Assembly (NCBI GenBank): GCA_010909165.1
Contig: VJWM01000173.1
Coordinates: forward strand, 310,001 to 374,000
Length of the DNA stretch: 64,000 nucleotides
Source of the DNA: Anthoceros angustus
Taxonomy: Eukaryota; Plantae; Anthocerotophyta
Reading direction: 5' to 3'
Shown here: in pieces, positions 45,890-57,474 of the stretch
Layout of the letters: each line of letters opens with the position of its first letter
Numbering within the stretch: the stretch's first letter is position 1
Notes under the pieces: generated by a model
What the model was told of the DNA's origin: nothing
The model's database searches: none
What the model saw: the letters and a program-made list of their open reading frames with translations, nothing else
Position numbers and translations under genes: made by a program

Positions 45890-46075
45890 GTACTGCTGTT
45901 TGTGTGCATCCGAGGCTTCGACTTCCTTGCACTTCCATTTACTCATCCGAATTTCTTCACAGTTGCAATCTTTGCCAGCAGGGTACTGCTGTTTGTGTGC
46001 ATCAGAGGCTTCGACTTCCTTGCACTTCCATTTACTCATTCGAATTTCTTCACAGTTGCAATCTTTGCCAGCAGG
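45890..46075 (+). repeat. 93-bp tandem duplication just upstream of the remorin-like ATG
   Basis: TACTGCTGTTTGTGTGCATC..TCTTTGCCAGCAGG occurs twice with few substitutions. Confidence 0.9.
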
Positions 46076-47236
46076 ATGGCTCAGGCGCAACGAGAAGAGC
46101 CGGCTCTAGTGGCCACCAGAAGGAACCCCCCGAGTCCAAAGAGTTTGACTGAGACAGCACGGGCCGACTTCCCTCGGGATCTGCCAGAGCAGACGAAAGC
46201 CAGTGGTGGAAAAGTTCCCCCCACAGTCCCTGAGGGCAAGCCCGCGGTTGCGCCTCTGAAACACGACGACGGTGTAGGATTGAATCAGCCGAGAGACAGA
46301 GATGACACCACTCCAGACAAGATTACAAAGGACCACCTAGCCAGCCCGGCTGGCTTCGCCAGGACAGGCCCGATCTCGCCCACCCAGAAGGGGGTGGCAT
46401 CTCCTGGCACTAAGTCTGTGAACGAGAAGGCTCAGGCTTTTGCAGAGGCACACCAGGAGAGGGTCAGGGCTGAGGCCATGGCTTACTTGGAGTCGGAAAC
46501 TCGAAAGCTGGAAGCCCGGGCACAAGGTCTTCAGGTGAACTAGACGCTTGGGGTCAATTCTGATGAATTCGCAGGCAGATGTCGTCGGTGTTTCTTGTAT
46601 CTCATGTTCTTCGGATCATGTCATTCAGGGGAAAGCGGAAAAGCAAAAATTGCATGAGGAGGCCAAAGCACTAGAGAAGAAGAAGAAGGAAGAGATGCGA
46701 GCTGAGAACCTGGTCGCGCAAGCACAGGTAAAGTAAATGCCAGCATGCTCCAAGACGAGGTTTGTGTGTTATACGCCCCAGTACTGAACCTGCTTATGAC
46801 GGTCTGACAGATGGAAGCAGAGAAGATCACCAACAAGGCGAAGGAGAAAGCAGTGATAATCAAAGCTCGTGCGCATGAAGAAGCAGAGAAAGAGATAGCC
46901 GAGGCGAAGATTCGAGCTGAAAGGGTAAGTTTTGAACTTCCGCACACAAGTGCGCGCTCCCAATATTTGGCATCTGTCCTCAGTTCCTGGGTAAAGGGGA
47001 GAGGTGGTCCTGCCCACGGTCTTTCTTTTTCCTTTATAGCAGATCAATGACAGCATGAGGGACTGTTGGGTGGTGGGGTAAAGCGTGAGGCCGAAATAGC
47101 AGAAGAAAAAAACAGGGGAATAGCTGAGTTGAACGATAAGGTTGAAGGAATGAAAGTGACAGGAGAGCTCCCTCCACAAAACCACAAAGGCTTCGTCCAG
47201 AAAGTGAAAGACAAAGTTAGCGGCCGGCATCATTGA
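46076..47236 (+). CDS. Remorin-like protein (disordered Pro-rich N-terminus plus coiled coil)
   Basis: AMAYLESETRKLEARAQ (cf. AWEESEKxK) is followed by K/E/A-rich coiled-coil exons, KVTGELP (cf. remorin TGxxP) and the tail KGFVQKVKDKVSGRHH*. Confidence 0.65.
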
Positions 47237-47502
47237 GAGGGTCAGTTCTACAAGCCATTTGAATAGTCTGTACACTGCTCTGTTGAAGTAGAGTACAGCA
47301 ATACCATGATCACATGTTACTTGAAGTTTACGGGGGTCTAGAACTTGAGCGTAGGCAACCCCACCATGTGCTTGATACAGTCGCTCGGTGAAGCACGAGT
47401 TTTTTCTGTAGAAGAAAAGGGCAGACAGTTAATGATCCTTGCTTTGTGTGGCCGGATGGTAACAGGCAATAGCAGAGGCCGATGAGAAGAAGAAGCGGGA
47501 CA

Positions 47503-49837
47503 TAGCAGAAGTGAAGGACAAAGTAGAGCAAATGATTGCAGTGGGAGAGCTTCCACACAATCATAAAAGTAAGCTTCACAAGATCGCCGATACACTGACC
47601 TGCAGTTGAGGACCTGAGCGGAGGAATCTCTTTGGAACAAGTGAAGGCAACACTTGCAGCAGCCGTTATATCAGCAACCTTCGAGGAGGAATTATGATAG
47701 ACATGATCCAAGATAGCCAGCATAGGGTTTTATTTAAGAAATTGAAATTTCTCTCGTATACGTTTCAAAGCTATATTGTCATTGCTTGCATCTCGAGGCA
47801 TGTACCAATGATCCTGAAGCTTTACATCTATATCCCTGCTACAGAAGGCGCCAAGTAAAATTTATCAGTTCATGTTTCTCAACATGTATCCTCACTCGAG
47901 CATTTTGGATCACACACCTTCTGAAGCTGAGAACTTGAAAGTTTCGTCGGAGTTCGGCAGCGTGAGCTTTAAGGGTGTCCTGAACGTAAGGCCTTCCTAC
48001 AGTCCTTTTGGAAGCAGCCACAAGTAGATTTTCCAGCGATCCATGTTGCTTCATTAGTTTGATCGCCGTCTTCTTACCAAACTGTGGATTGAACTCCCCG
48101 AGACCTGGAACATTGTCACTAGGGTCCCCCATCATCGATCCTGCAAAGGGGAGCAAAGTACATTCAACACACATGCCAAATCCGGCAAATATGGTGCAAC
48201 AAAGTCAACTGGCGAGGAGAGGATAAGTAATAACTCTAGCACTTACGAAGCCCGAGTTCAAGTCTTGGATCATAGTCATGTTGATCAAGGTACTGCTGAA
48301 GAGTGTAGAAAGACCATCTTCGCAGCTTCGGGATTGGTAACACCATTTGCACCTTCTCAGATAGCAGCTGCCTAAAATCCATATCCGGTGACGCGATGGC
48401 AACTTTCAGTCCCCTGTCCAAAGCTTGCTGCATTAATGTATACCACGTCATCTGCTTCTGCATCTTCAACTTTACAACCTGCATCCATCATTCACAGGCG
48501 TTTTACAGTCCACCCAGTGGTCAAGGGGACCCGTGATGGAAGACACATAAGCAAACATTCCAGTACGAAAGCAGTAATTACCGGTACATTGCACTGGGCC
48601 AGGCATTCAGTGATCAGAGGAAGAGCTTCCCGTATGTCAACGTCAAAGGACCCATATCTGTGAGAAGGCACAGCAGAAGTGAAGGACAAAGTAGAGCAAA
48701 TGATTGCAGTGGGAGAGCTTCCACACAATCATAAAAGTAAGCTTCACAAGATCGCCGATACACTGACCTGCAGTTGAGGACCTGAGCGGAGGAATCTCTT
48801 TGGAACAAGTGAAGGCAACACTTGCAGCAGCCGTTATATCAGCAACCTTCGAGGAGGAATTATGATAGACATGATCCAAGATAGCCAGCATAGGGTTTTA
48901 TTTAAGAAATTGAAATTTCTCTCGTATACGTTTCAAAGCTATATTGTCATTGCTTGCATCTCGAGGCATGTACCAATGATCCTGAAGCTTTACATCTATA
49001 TCCCTGCTACAGAAGGCGCCAAGTAAAATTTATCAGTTCATGTTTCTCAACATGTATCCTCACTCGAGCATTTTGGATCACACACCTTCTGAAGCTGAGA
49101 ACTTGAAAGTTTCGTCGGAGTTCGGCAGCGTGAGCTTTAAGGGTGTCCTGAACGTAAGGCCTTCCTACAGTCCTTTTGGAAGCAGCCACAAGTAGATTTT
49201 CCAGCGATCCATGTTGCTTCATTAGTTTGATCGCCGTCTTCTTACCAAACTGTGGATTGAACTCCCCGAGACCTGGAACATTGTCACTAGGGTCCCCATC
49301 ATCGATCCTGCAAAGGGAGCATTCAACACACATGCCAAATCCGGCAAATATGGTGCAACAAAGTCAACTGGCGAGGAGAGGATAAGTAATAACTCTAGCA
49401 CTTACGAAGCCCGAGTTCAAGTCTTGGATCATAGTCATGTTGATCAAGGTACTGCTGAAGAGTGTAGAAAGACCATCTTCGCAGCTTCGGGATTGGTAAC
49501 ACCATTTGCACCTTCTCAGATAGCAGCTGCCTAAAATCCATATCCGGTGACGCGATGGCAACTTTCAGTCCCCTGTCCAAAGCTTGCTGCATTAATGTGG
49601 CTACCACGTCATCTGCTTCTGCATCTTCAACTTTTACAACCTGCATCCATCATTCACAGGCGTTTTACAGTCCACCCAGTGGTCAAGGGGACCCGTGATG
49701 GAAGACACATAAGCAAACATTCCAGTACGAAAGCAGTAATTACCGGTACATTGCACTGGGCCAGGCATTCAGTGATCAGAGGAAGAGCTTCCCGTATGTC
49801 AACGTCAAAGGACCCATATCTGTGAGAAGGCACAGCA
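47503..49837. repeat. ~1.17-kb tandem duplication of the 3' part of the exonuclease gene
   Basis: 47503-48672 and 48672-49837 are near identical, with the junction microhomology AGCAG(G)AAGTG. Confidence 0.92.
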
Positions 49838-50400
49838 GGAAGTGGCTTGTACTTTATACGTTTTTCTTTGTAAGTTGGCAGCAAACTCTTTCGAAATTCA
49901 TTCCCTCTTTCTCCATCCATGACCTGGTTAGAGAAGTATCTTGATAAACCGCAAAACTTAAAACCTCAACTTGCAATGGTGGAAGCAAGCAAATCTCACG
50001 GTGCCAGCAACAGACCAAGGGACAGCGGAGTTGATGGTCAGCATTTGCTTACTGCAATGACAGGGTCTCCGTGGGTGACTTGAAGAAACAGCAACCTTAT
50101 CCACTCCACCAGAGCGGATGGCCGAGGCTTGTTCCCATCATAGCACAGAGGGTGCACATCAAGCAGGAAAATCTTCGTTGCACCTCTCTTCACTCTCTCC
50201 ACTTCAAGATCCCTCCCTATTGATTTTATGCCAGAACTCTGCCCCGTCCCCAAATCGGCTCCACAAAGCTCCAGACTGTTGCATACTGGATCAGCCCGTA
50301 TGGCCCTGGTACTGGACACCGCATTCCGACAGCCCAGCTGCCTGCGCTGCGAGGGAGCAGCAAGGACAAGGTTGAATGTAGGAGCTCGCAGCTCGGCCAT
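48898..50400 (-). CDS. Organellar 5'-3' exonuclease/flap nuclease (Pol I 5'-exo family), At1g34380/OEX2-like
   Basis: Motifs: IFLLDVHPLCYDGNKP..DPVIAV|MDGERGN..LLPTYK, EADDVVATL, ASPDMDFRQL and GDPSDNVPG..FGKKTAIKL. This copy has a 1-bp homopolymer deletion near 49295 that the duplicate lacks. Confidence 0.88.
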
Positions 50401-51057
50401 GGCTGAGACCCGACAGATCGTCGACAGCAAATGAGAGTCTGTGTTTGGACTGTTTGCGTGTGTGAACACATTAGGGCTTTGGTTTTCCTGTTTAAGCCCA
50501 GTCGACTCGCCTGTTGCCGTGGACGACGTGCGGGCCTTGGCCTGCCTGCCTCTGTCGTCTTCCAAACGTGGCTCTTCACGCCACTGTCTTTCAAGGCATT
50601 CAACTGAGGAGAGCTTCTCATGCTCATTTCCGGTGCTGCTGAGGTGACATTTTCGATTTCTGCCTCACATTTCAGGGCGTGACGATCAGTGCATTGTGTC
50701 GTCTAGTTGCTTCTGGTCGGACGAGTAGTTTACTGCAGTACTGTTTGTTCTTGGTGCCGGCGACGTGTGTTGTTCCCGTACTACTCTAGAAACGATGAAG
50801 GTGATGGTAGAGCTTACAGATTCATTCAAGCAGGAGGCGAGGTCTCGACTCCGGCGCTCAGAATTTTTTTTTTCGTGAATTTCTGATTCCTATTGTCTAA
50901 TATACGTTTCTGTTTGGAAGTGTACATTGCCAGCCAACATACAACCAGAAAGGCATTCTGGCTGGTTCCATCTGGAAATTCTCGCTTTTGCTGTAGTCTA
51001 ACTGATTGGCCACTCTCTGTGGTACAGGGTAATCAATTGTAGCCCATCTCGCAGCAG

Positions 51058-52323
51058 ATGGCGGGAACGGTTGCTGCGTTTGTTCAACCCACATCCAGTC
51101 TGGCAAGGTTTCAAGTAAACGGAGAATGCAGCTTTGAGTGTCGTCTGAGGAGCCTGGGAGGAGGGAAAGTGCACAGTCGCAAAGATGGGTTATCTTCCAG
51201 GATGGCCTTCCATTCAGACTCAAGGCTCTACAGTGCTCCCCAGCAATGGACAGAGAAGGCATGTCCGGTCTCAGTGCATGCCTTGCTTGGCGACCCCGGG
51301 CAACCCGAGGATGAGGACGGTGGCAGTGATGAGACGTCATCCAGTGACTCTACGCCTAGCGATGTAAGTCCAGTCCTGTCTCGCTCACCCTGTTGAGAGT
51401 TGTGGCGCTCATCTGTTTGTAAAGATGATATAGCGTTTTGAGCCACCAGAAAGTGTGAAGGCAGGTCTGAACAGAAAGACTGGTCAAGAAAAAGGTTGGT
51501 CATTGCAGCGGAGGGCCTAATAGGTTTCTCTTCTGCCAGGTAAATGCCGAACTGTTTCGAAAACAGATGGAGCAGATGATGGACAATGAAGATGCCTCTT
51601 TTGGTGGAAGGGACTTAGCCAAACTCATTCGGAATAAATATGGGAGATCCTATGATGTTCAGTTGATTAAAAAGGTGCGGTCTTGTGAATGCCAGATGCC
51701 ATGTATATCTACCTGTGCCAGTTTAGATGCCTATCGAAGGCAGAGATGCTTTGCAGGAGTCGGTTTTCTATAATGTCCTTGTCTTCCGTCTTAGCGAGCA
51801 CTTCAACTCTTCCATGCCAACCAGTGCAGGAATTTATGGGACGGCAGCTACTAGCAATGAACATCATGTGGAAATATCGTGAGCAGGTAACGTATAAATA
51901 CATGTGGAACATTCTCTGGCCCTCTCCAGCCAAGACTTACGGTGCTGATAACCCCATGGCTCGCTCATCAAAGTCCTGCTGATTCTAATGCTTTATTGCA
52001 GCTGCTTGTCTGATGATCCAGCGCTCATTTCCTCTCACGGAGGAAGAGTATTTGTCACATCTGGACTCGGTTGCAAACCTGCTGAGAGGCTGGGGCGCAG
52101 TGTCATACATTCGTACTAGTCTTGCGAAAACTAAGGAGAGGCCCCGCATAGGGAAGGTAAGTTCTGGCAGTCATGGGTTCCAGCAGCTGCAGTTGCTAGT
52201 TTGAACCCCCATTTCCTCGGCTTTTATTCAAGGCTCATTGCTTCTGTTGCTTCGCAGGCCGTGAGTATATTCATTGATCTAGACGAGTCAGGTGGCCGGG
52301 CTAGGGAATGGATTTACAGGTGA
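51058..52323 (+). CDS. DUF3067 family plastid protein
   Basis: Reads GGRDLAKLIRNKYGRSYDVQL..MNIMWKYREQ|RSFPLTEEEY..KERPRIGK|AVSIFID..AREWIYR*, with a transit-peptide-like N-terminus. Confidence 0.92.
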
Positions 52324-52850
52324 AGGAAGTTTCTCAGTCGCCAGTCCATGGTTTCTCAAAGCTGCAGAGAATCCGGGATGTTCTGCTTGTCAGGTTCCTG
52401 TGTAACATAGTGTTTCGTGTAACATTAATCTCATTCCGTAAAAGGCCTAAAGTTCTTGTAGTCAAAGACCATCCCGGATAAAGCTCTTCCAGGCTTCCAC
52501 TTTTCGCACCGCTACGCATTGTTGACAAAATTGGTCAATCCTTCGCGCAAAATCTGCGAAGGTAGTGAACAACAGTGTTCTTCCTCAGATTAGAATGGAG
52601 CTCTGCAGATTTCAACCGATTGGCACAATCAGCTCATGATCTCCTCCGGGATCCTCGAAATTGGTGGGCTCTGTGAAGATTGAAGCATTTCATGCTGTGC
52701 TTTGTTTTCCATATTGTTTATGAATCCATCTGCGCAATGCAGTGCTAAAAAATGTGGCTTTCTCTTGATTCAGTTATTCTGAGGCAGAGGAAGTTGTGAA
52801 CGAGCTGTTGCCTGCTCGTGGACACAGTTCTGTGAGACAGGAGGATTGCG

Positions 52851-53852
52851 ATGGCTGCAGCTGTTCCTTCCATGTCCATTGCATCTGTTTCTTTCCCGAC
52901 TGTGCGATGCAGCGACCGACCCACGGCTTCTTGCTCGTTCAAACCGCTCTCTGCACCTTCCTGTTCATGTGTTGATTCTCAACTCAGGGGTCTCGGGTTG
53001 TCCCGACGTGGGAGGTTGTCGCTGGGGTCGGTGAGATCGGTGTCGGGCACATTGTGGCTGGGTGAGAAGCTGAAGGGGAGGATTGCTACCCCATTACCGC
53101 GTGGAAAAGGGTTCCAGGTGGTTGCGATACAGAACGATATCATCAGAGGTTTTGTCTCTGCCTCTGCGCATTGCAGATGTACTTCGTGTTTCTCGCATAG
53201 TGATGAGGTGGAGGAAGGCCACGTATGCGAGATTTTTCTGCGGGCTTTGTGGGAAGCTGATTTTCGTCTATCGTTTGTGGCAGTTCTGGGTTCTGTTTTG
53301 AAGGCTGGACGGGAGGGATTAGACGCCGGCACAAGGCTGATACCCGTGAGATCCTCTGGAACGCAAGGCACCAAGTCATAATGTCACGAGTAGCTGTTTG
53401 TGTTGTCTGACGTGTTGCTTCTGCCAGGAAGCTGTCCCAAGGCCCCTAGCTCAAGCAGGAGTGGCGTTGGTTGCGCTTGTGGTGTTATCCTTCGTGTTAC
53501 GGTCTCTCTTTTCCACTCTCATTTTTGTTGCGGTAAGCTCTTATTTCTCTCGATCCACTTCCCTTAACGGAGCAGAGCCATGATTGATTCTTCAGCCTTC
53601 TGAGTGATATCTGGTCTCACGTGCCTTGATGTGTGATGTATATGTGGGTGATATCTGGTCTCACGTACCTTGATGTGTGATGTATATGAGCAGGCCGTCG
53701 GAGGTATATGCTATGGAGGAGTTCTCTATCTTACCAGGGGTGGCTCGAGCTCTAGTGGAGGTGGAGATAGTGCGGGGGCCAACGGTGCCGCACGTCGATC
53801 AGACTCCGAGGCAGTTGAAGAAGCCCGGAGAATAATGGAGAAGTATAAGTAG
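52851..53852 (+). CDS. Small plastid-targeted membrane protein of unknown function (4 exons)
   Basis: A transit-peptide-like exon 1 is followed by KAGREGLDAGTRLIP|EAVPRPLA, two TM segments and a C-terminal EEARRIMEKYK*. The GT-AG splicing is coherent. Confidence 0.8.
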
Positions 53853-54261
53853 TCTGCTCGAAACACCTCAGTGACCACAAGAGAATATGTTTGGAAAACT
53901 TCATTCCAGGTGATTATTCCTGTACGCCTACCCAATGATGCTTTCTTGTCCTTGACACCTTTAGGAAGTAACTGAGGTAATAGGATTGCATAGCGGGATG
54001 AAAACGGACCGTTTTTCAACCGCACCCTGTATGTATCATATGTCTGAGAAAATAGTTCTGAGGGAAGCAATTCCACCTTCCTGATTGTTCGACGATTCAA
54101 GCAGCCAACGTCATGCAGTTCAAAACCTGTCAATTGGCTACTGATTACATGTTGTATGTCTCGGCACATTTCTGTGCTCTGCATGTTGTCGACACTACCT
54201 CCCCTATCATCTTTTCACATTCTAGCTAGTGAAAGATGAAACACGTTCCCCAGCCAAGTGC

Positions 54262-57200
54262 TTAGAATCTTTCTTGCGTGACAACTATTGGCCGTGCTTC
54301 AACATGCTCTCTCGCAAAATAAGGCCCCCTCCGGACAGCCGTATCCATCTGTTTGCCACCCACAGAAACGGTTGTTAGCCTCCTGGCCACCTGACAGACA
54401 GACGGCACATGAAAAGGAGCACGAGAGGAGCCACTGGACAAGCACCTTGTCCAGAGTCTCAACCGGAAAAGGCTCCCCTCTCTGCACAGCTGCAGTTAGA
54501 GCCGATGACATTGCCACGCACGCCGCATGGCGCCAATCCATACCTGCTCTCGCGCCCAAGTGTTTTAGAAGTTGTTAGGACACATCATTGGACCACGTTG
54601 CCAAATACCCCCAAAGGAAACTTGGGCCATGATACTCTACCTTCTTTGAGCGTCTCTGTATGCGCATCTGCCACAAGATCGACCAACTGTGGGTGAGAGC
54701 TCAGCTCTCGGAGACACCATATCCGGGCAACAAGCACGGTGATTAGCCGGTAAGTCTGCAGTGAGACGATGGGTTGCCAGTTCAGCTCCCAATCCACCCA
54801 GTTGCAGTAAATCCACAAATACTTTTAGATCGGACGTGCAAATACCGCAATCCTGATGTCTGGGGCTTGCTGTACAAGAGACCAAACCAAACCCTGCATA
54901 CGTCCACAGTAAAAAAGTTACGGGCTGAAATGTGCTAATAATGCTGAGGAGACATGGTCCGCAAAAGCACAAGGATTCACATACCGATGGTGTTTGAGAT
55001 GAACCACTAGTTGCTTCGTAAATAAGATTCCGGACAGAGTTCTCTGCCTGCTCACTCAAGAGTGGTGACTCTGTTCTCTCTGTCCCAAGAAGGGATGCAA
55101 GAGCATGAACTCCAGCCTGCTTATCAATCCACAGCATAGGTCAAACGAGTGACGTGCAAACTACCTGCTAGCTGCGGCAGTCTCCTCAGTTACTACATAC
55201 CAACTGGATTCCTTGTCGTCCTTTAAAGGCAGCTTCAATAATTAATCTTGCAGCTGGTGTTGCACCAGAAAGCAGCAACTCAGCTCCTTCAGAATCTGCA
55301 AAACTTGCTTAGTCAGTCACGGTTCAAGCAATCTGTGTGTGAAGGCTGTACTACACTACAGAGAACGGAGCATAAGAACAATGCAAGAAGAAGAAGGTAT
55401 GAACCTAAGAAAAGATTGACATACGTGCTCCAATCTCTCCAAGAGAATCCAGCACAATCTCTTGCTCATTAGCGACCTCAGTTGAAGTGCTTTCAGTGGC
55501 CTTCAGCCTCTCCATGTTCTCATCAATCGCCTGCACCAGACCTTTAATATAGCCTGTACACCACACCCACAGTTGATATGTTACCACGCAGGACAAATAA
55601 ACAGTATATGTTTACCTCCTCCAGGTACCTGATTCGATGACTGGTGATCTGGCGGCATTAGATACTAGCCGGGCACCCACTGAAATAGCTCGAGCCCGGA
55701 TCAGAGGATCTATTGTAGGATCTCTGCAGGAAACCATCCTCTCAGTTCCCTGAGGAGGTAGCTCTACAATATCCATGGAGCACTACAACAACATCTCGAC
55801 ATACCTTATGGTAGACGTGAACCGTTCAATCAGGTTTCCTCCACAAAGGAACTGAATGCCAGAGACTGTTGATGACAGCTGTATCATCAAAGCTCAAAAT
55901 CACTTTGCAAGCTTGCAAGGAGCAACAATGAACTTCTTCCAACACAAGCTGCACTGCAGCTCAGCAAGAGAAATCGGCCAGACTTCCAAACAAAAGCACA
56001 CCTGATGAAGAAGCTCCAGAGCATTCATCTGGGCAAGAATATCATCCCCGTTGTCAAGTTCCATTGCTAGCACATCTAGAACCCCAGACTGTTGTATTGC
56101 AGATGCAGCTGCTTCAGATATTCCAAACATTTTTTCCGCAACTGACAGGGCTCTAATCCGCACCTGCAAGGCAACGGAGAACTGACCGTGTTATTTGCAC
56201 CTTCCTCTGGCCTTAAAAGATCACAATGTCTTTGGTACATCAAAAGTCATCACCAAAACAAGATCAGGTTGTTAACAAACTTGCCAGCGCAGAGCCACTC
56301 AAAGCCATTTGCTTCAGGCTTCCAGCACCAGCTCCTTTGTCCGTAAAAAGCAGCTTCTGTAGTTCCAGGAATCCTTATATCTTGGGACTGGCCAATGAAA
56401 AGCATGGCCCCCAAAAAGCCAGCAGACAAGAACCTCTTACCAGACCTTCCGGAAACTGGGTGAGCTGCAGCAGTGCTTCTGCAGCTGCCGCTGCAACAGC
56501 ATCATCCCTGTACATCCAGTAAATACTTTATATTGCCAGTTCTTTGCAAGCTTGACACGATTTCAACCACAGGGCTGGACTAGAGGTGCACCCATCAGCA
56601 AGTGCCATCATCAAGGGCTGCGCTAAACCAGCACGCGCAACTGCCTGAACTGCTGCCCCTCCGTCCATATTGCTTTGTTCCAGCAACCTTGAGATCTGAT
56701 AAAGCTACCCTACAAGGTGAGTCCCAGACCCCATGCAAAAGCAACTCACCCGACAAAGAAAACTGATTTGCATTAGCATAGACAAGCTGCTCACAGCGAA
56801 ACAGGCAAGTCGCCTAACAAGAGGAGATGTCGCTGTCAAACCAAGACTTGCATAAGGCTGCAACACAAAAGAAATACCAGAACAAACCAAGCTACTGTAA
56901 GATTTCTGGATCAAATTTCCAAGACCAGCTGACAGGAGCTGGTGAATCACGCCAACCTGCACCAATCCTGGCATTGCAAGGAAAGGAATATCGGACTCAC
57001 CATTGCATAGACAAGTAAAGTAGCTCCGTAGGTTGTTTTGAAAATCCTCTCAAGGGCATCCACCACAGCACTCTCCAAGCCAGGAACATCTTCATCCTGC
57101 TGCAGAGCCCTCTCCAAAGTGCTGACAAAACAAAACAGCTTCCACAATTAGGTCACGCAGCCCTAAACAGGCCCAACCCAGGTGCACTCCCACCCAAGCA

Positions 57201-57474
57201 GGTAGACCACCAAACGACCCAAGAATGCAACACCGCACCTGAAGATCACTGGCAACGGGAACTGGTCCAAAAACTCCTTAGCAGACGCATCCGACAACAC
57301 TCCTGCCCACATCAGCCCACCGACCCTGACGTCGGTCAGGTCCGAACCCAACGCCGCGGACCCAGCAAATCAATTGCAGCAAGTACGGGTACCTGGATAA
57401 CCCGCGAAATGGGAAGCCGCAGCAGCGAGCAGAGCTGCGTCCACAGCTGGCTCCGTCTGCCAGTCCAGCCCCAT
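54262..57474 (-). CDS. 26S proteasome assembly chaperone PSMD5/S5b (Hsm3)-like ARM/HEAT-repeat protein
   Basis: Multi-exon. Reads AASHFAGYPG|VLSDASAKEFLDQFPLPVIF, VVDALERIFKT, SPLVRRLAC, VRIRALS, DDILAQMNALELL and C-terminal AVRRGPY..EARPIVVTQERF*. Confidence 0.85.

Noticed and set aside
53603-53690. ~41-bp tandem duplication in an intron
   Set aside because: An ordinary intronic duplication.
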